NCBI GenBank assembly: GCA_964016885.1
Contig: OZ024740.1
Span: forward strand, 390,352,001 to 390,416,000
From: Eledone cirrhosa
Taxonomy: Eukaryota
Reading direction: 5' to 3'
DNA length: 64,000 nucleotides
Shown here: piece after piece, positions 59,169-64,000 of the stretch
How positions within the stretch are numbered: position 1 is the first letter of the stretch
How the letters are laid out: each line of letters opens with the position of its first letter
The notes under the pieces: model-generated
The model's database searches: none
Seen by the model: only the letters and a program-made list of their open reading frames with translations
What the model was told of the DNA's origin: nothing
Made by a program: the position numbers and the translations under genes

Positions 59169-59776
59169 TCAGTTCACCAGTTGGTGCTACTGGTAACATG
59201 TATCCCAGTACAACCTGGCTCATGGTCGGGTCGTTGGCGACTAAACTGGCAACCCCACCAAGGTTTCTTGGTGAGGAGGGTGACTTTGGACATCCTGCAG
59301 GACTAAAAACAAAACCTGTCAAAGGGCAAAGGAGCTCTTAAGAGTCAATGGCCATCCAAAATCACCGGGAGAGATGACCCCTTAGCCTTTGTCAAGGCAG
59401 AATTCTAGGAGAAGGAAAACTCTGATATAACACCTACAACCCTGATGGTATCCAATGATGTTGACTTGTTCTTCTTTTTGGTAAATATCATCTTGGTTAA
59501 GAGAGTGGGACTGGCTTTGTGCAGTGCCTTTGCTCACTATAAAAGCTTCACGGCACAGGCATTGCTTTATATCTGGAGATCTCTCTGCAATTGTCATCAC
59601 ATGCTACCATGGACCCAGCACTATGTGTCAATAATTGTCGCAAGTGTAGTGTTTGTGCCAGAGTTTTCAAGTCGCTGGCTGGACTAAAAACTCACACTCG
59701 TTCAGCGCATCGGTAGGGGTTCTCCTACATGCATATAAAGTAGTGGCCGTACTCGAAAACGAGTTGGCAGCCACCA
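59169..59776 (+). mobile_element. Full-length family X element (608 bp)
   Basis: Collinear and highly similar to 44009-44616; (TATG)n both sides. Confidence 0.88.
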
Positions 59777-60308
59777 TGTATGTATGTATGTATGTATGTA
59801 TGTATGTATATGTGTATGTATGTGTGTATGTATGTATGTGTGTATGTATGTATGTGTGTATGTATGTATGTATGTATGTATGTGTGTATGTGTGTATGTG
59901 TGTATGTATGTATGTATGTGTGTATGTATGTGTGTATGAATGTGTGTATGTACGTATGTATGTATGTATGTATGTATGTATGTATGTGTGTGTATGTATG
60001 CATGTATGTGTGTATGTATGTATGTGTGTATGTATGTGTGAATGTGTGTATGTGTGTATGTATGTGTGTATGTATGTGTGTATGTATGTGTGTATGTGTG
60101 TATGTGTGTATGTGTATATGTGTGTATGTATGTATGTGTGTATGTGTGTATGTGTGTATGTATGTATGTGTGTATGTATGTATGTGTGTATGTGTGTATG
60201 TGTGTATGTATGTATGTGTGTATGTATGTATGTGTGTATGTGTGTATGTGTGTATGTATGTATGTGTGTATGTATGTATGTGTGTATGTGTGTATGTGTG
60301 TATGTATG

Positions 60309-61528
60309 TTATCTCTTTCTCTTAATTTCGAGTATATATTTTTTTTGACCGGCCACCTTCCTGGTGGCAAGGTTGTAAAAGAAAAGAAATTGTCATCCCT
60401 TGAATCGCAAGAATATTTTGCAAATTTTGAAGGTGCCAGCTATCGCAGCCATTTGTAGACTATGAATTAGGGAGCTGCGCTTTTTTCCGCAAATCCAAGT
60501 TCAGTCATACTTTGGTCCAAGCAGGTTGGTATATAACCCGTAGCTCCAATAATGATGGGTATGAAGTTAAAGGTGTATCTTGGATACTGGATTTGTAAAC
60601 TCCTCATCAATGGTCCGTAGATGTTCTCCTTCTCCTGTATTTTTCTGACAACGTTTACATCAAGTGGGCAGCTGATCTCCACAACAGAACACGTTTTCAA
60701 TGTGTGGTCCCAAACAACAATATCAGACCGGTTGTGCTTTAATTTGGTGGCAGTTTTTATTTTCAGGTTCCACCAGTATTCCTTAGTGCCATCTGTCTCA
60801 ATATATTCTTCCTCGTTTGTTGTTAATTTTGTTTTCCGAAGTGCGTTCCAGATGGTTCTAGCTATCCCATCGTGTCTCATGGGGAGGTAGTACCGAGATG
60901 ACATTCTTTCGCAGCTGGCAACAATGTGGCTTACATCCTCGATCTTTGTTTTACATAGCCTACATTTATTGTCAGCTGCTGACCCTCCTCTTTTGTGCAG
61001 CAGATATTTGGTAGGGAGTTCTTGTTCCTGTATTGCATAGAGATATCCCTCAAGGTGTGATGTCATAAACTTGTCGAAACTCCATGCCAGGCTTTTTGAG
61101 TGGTTTATCCCATCTATGGTCTGTGTTTTACGTCTCAAGTATCCATGCACTACTTTTTCTGTAAATTGGTCAATTTTTTTTATCTTGTTTGAACATTGAA
61201 TAGGATCTTCCGATTTCTCTGGGTGAGAGATTTATATCAGGCTTTATTCCATATCTCTCCTCCAGATCAGTCGCTATTCTAATGATATTTTTTTTTCATG
61301 CTCATAAACCTGGGCAAGATGGTTGCCAACCTTTTTCCTCTGTTGAAGGTGTTGCTTCAGTGTTACTATCCGGGTCTCATATGTTGTTAATATTGATTTT
61401 AGACCCCGGCCACCTTCCTTGCGTGAGAAGTATAGCCTATCCACATCACCATTGATGTTAAAGTTCCCAGTAACACTGAGAAGTTTGCGAGTTCTAACAT
61501 CCATCTCACTTAGTTCTTGCAATGACCA
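60309..61528 (-). mobile_element. R4/Dong copy 2, 5'-truncated, frameshifted
   Basis: Same 3' end as copy 1; indels in T-runs; PD->SD change in the RLE motif; (TACA)n flanks. Confidence 0.92.
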
Positions 61529-61900
61529 TGTGTGTATGTATGTATGTATGTATGTATGTATGTATGTATGTATGTATGTATGTATGTATGTATGTATGCA
61601 TGTACGTATGTATGCATGTATGTGTGTATGTATGTATGTGTGTATGTATGTATGTATGTGTGTATGTATGTATGTGTGTATGTATGTATGTATGTATGTG
61701 TGTATGTACGTATGTATGCATGTATGTGTGTATGTATGTGTGTATGTATGTGTATGTATGTATGTATGTATGTATGTTTGTGTGTATGTGTGTATGTGTG
61801 TATGTATGTGTGTATGTATGTGTGTATGTATGTATGTGTGTAGGTGTGTATGTATGTATGTATGTATGTATGTACGTATGTACGTATGTACGTATGTATG

Positions 61901-62696
61901 TTTTCTCTTTCTCTTAATTTCGAGTATATTTTTTTGACCGGCCACCTTCCTGGTGGCAAGGTTGTAAAAGAAAAGAAATTGTCATCCCTTGAATCGCAAG
62001 AATGTTTTGCATATTTTGAAGGTGCCAGCTATCGCAGCCATTTGTAGACTATGAATTAGGGAGCTGCGCTTTTTGTCCGCAAATCCAAGTTCGGTCATAC
62101 TTTGGTCCAAGCGGGTTGGTATATAACCCGTAGCACCAATAATGATGGGTATGAAGCTAAAGGTGTATCTTGGATACTGGATTTGTAAGCTCCTCATCAA
62201 TGGTCCGTAGATGTCCTCCTTTTCCTGTATTTTTCTGACAACGTTTACATCAAGTGGGCAGCTGATCTCCACAACAGAACACGTTTTCAATGTGTGGTCC
62301 CAAACTACAATATCAGGCCGGTTGTGCTTTAATTTGGTGGCAGTTTTTATTTTCAGGTTCCACCAGTATTCCTTAGTGCCATCTGTCTCAATATATTCTT
62401 CCTCGTTTGTTGTTAATTTTGTTTTCCGAAGTGCGTTCCAGATAGTTCTAGCTATCCCATCGTGTCTCATGGGGAGGTAGTAGCGAGATGACATTCTTTC
62501 GCAGCTGGCAACAATGTGGCTTACATCCTCGATCTTTGTTTTACATAGCCTACATTTATTGTCAGCTGCTGGCCCTCCTCTTTTGTGCAGCAGATATTTG
62601 GTAGGGAGTTCTTGTTCCTGTATTGCATAGAGATATCCCTCAAGGTGTGATGTCATAAACTTGTCGGAACTCCATGCCAGGCTTCTTGAGTGGTTT
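61901..62696 (-). mobile_element. R4/Dong copy 3, 5'-truncated
   Basis: Nearly identical to the 3' ~800 bp of copy 1; the 224-aa translation matches. Confidence 0.92.
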
Positions 62697-63336
62697 CAGA
62701 TCGTCTTTCGTATTGCAGCTAGATCTGTTGGTGTCTCGTTTCACTGCGCCCCACACAAAGAAGTCGAGGGGGTTGCAGTCAGGCGAGCTGGGAGGCCAGA
62801 TGTCAGGTGAAGTGTGGTCGACGAATTTCTCTGACAGCCAGGCATGGGTCTTTCGGGTGGTATGGCAGGGTGCTGAGTCTTGCTGCCACACGTACGGCCT
62901 ACCTGCAGCTACCTGGTCGATCAAGGGTTTTACTACCTCGCTCAGAACGTGGATGTAGCCATCGGTGTTGAGCTTGAGGCCCTCAGGGAAGAAATGAGGT
63001 GGCATGACGTCACCTTGACTGCTGACGACACCTAAGACCAATGTTGTCGCTGGAAACTTTGTCTGCATGACTGGGCACGTCTTTGGATGAGACACCATTC
63101 TCCTGCTGAGAAAGTCTGAAATATCCTTATTTGTCCCCCCGGCGCGGATTCCAAGAAGAACTCCCTGTCTCTTCCACACATTTGGAGGTTCAAAATTATT
63201 CATAATCAATTATTCTGAAAATAAATAATGGAAATATAGTCACTGTTTTTATGAAGACAAGAGTGACAACGGAAGTAAAAAGAAATTGCATAAAATTAGC
63301 AGTTGAAAATTGCGAACAAATATCGTCCACACCCTG
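62697..63336 (-). mobile_element. maT (DD37D) Tc1/mariner relic, internally deleted, 3' end missing
   Basis: WQQDSAPCH...WPPSSPDCNPLD with 37 residues between the Asp residues; TIR cagggtgtggacgat next to TA. Confidence 0.88.
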
Positions 63337-63362
63337 TATATATATATATATATATATATATA

Positions 63363-63794
63363 CAGTGTAAACCCCGGAATTCGCTGTCCCGGAATTTTCC
63401 TGATAACCTAGCTAATAATTGTTCGTGGAAACCATCGCATATTTTCGCGAAATCGTAAATGTCTTCCGCGTCTTTTTATGGGTTTTTTCGTGGTAATATA
63501 TATATATTTCGTTTCTGAATTTGTTTAGCAAGATTCTTTATCTGAAATCGTGTGTTGAAACCGATATTGTTTCTTATTGGCAACATGACCCTCCCAAAGT
63601 ATAACAATATATATATATTTTTCACGCTTTTAAACGCTAAATTATTAATATTAAATCACCGTATTTGCCGGCCTATATTTTACGTTGTTATGACATTTAT
63701 AGGTGACTTTTATGGACCACATCCAATATTCGCGGCTTTTCACTTTTCACGGGTGCTCTAGGAACGTAACTCTCGCGAATACCGAGGACAACAG
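63363..63794. mobile_element. pogo/Tigger-like MITE relic
   Basis: ta-cagtgtaaaccccggaattcgc ... gcgaataccgaggacaacag-ta, imperfect TIRs. Confidence 0.5.
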
Positions 63795-63913
63795 TATATA
63801 TATATATGCATAGGTATTTGTATGTGTGTGTATATATGCGTGTGTGTGTATGTATACGAGTGATATTCATACATAATATACACACTTTACTACACGTCCC
63901 CTCCCATATTATG

Positions 63914-64000
63914 TGGATTGGCAGAATCAGTAGAGGGTCGGACGCCATGCTTTGCAGCATAGAGTTACGGTCCTTTATGATCTGAGTTCAAATCCCGCCG
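63914..64000 (+). mobile_element. Family A SINE head (cut by window edge)
   Basis: A and B boxes. Confidence 0.85.

Overview
AT-rich, microsatellite-saturated animal non-coding DNA. The SINE/RTE/Penelope content resembles an octopod cephalopod, which is an inference. I found no supportable host gene, and almost all listed ORFs are translated simple repeats. Contents: (1) A cluster of three 5'-truncated R4/Dong-type RT+RLE retrotransposons at 55.9-62.7 kb. All three 3' ends sit in (TACA)n, and one copy has an open 891-aa frame. (2) A non-coding, bipartite RTE-derived family of about 500-610 bp that uses the same (TATG)n tracts on the opposite strand and has structured 5' and 3' ends. (3) Many short Penelope-type insertions in (TA)n tracts, often fold-back palindromes. 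They carry about 10 hand-folded type I hammerhead ribozyme motifs, including U3-A8 core variants. (4) A decayed Penelope GIY-YIG fragment, two RTE LINE relics (one with a twin-priming-type inversion), a CRE fragment, a maT (DD37D) relic and several MITEs. (5) About 20 tRNA-derived SINE copies. (6) A 7.7-kb 31-bp satellite with 22-mer and 33-mer higher-order periods, and a 41-bp minisatellite inside a hAT element. All structures were read by eye and none was computed.
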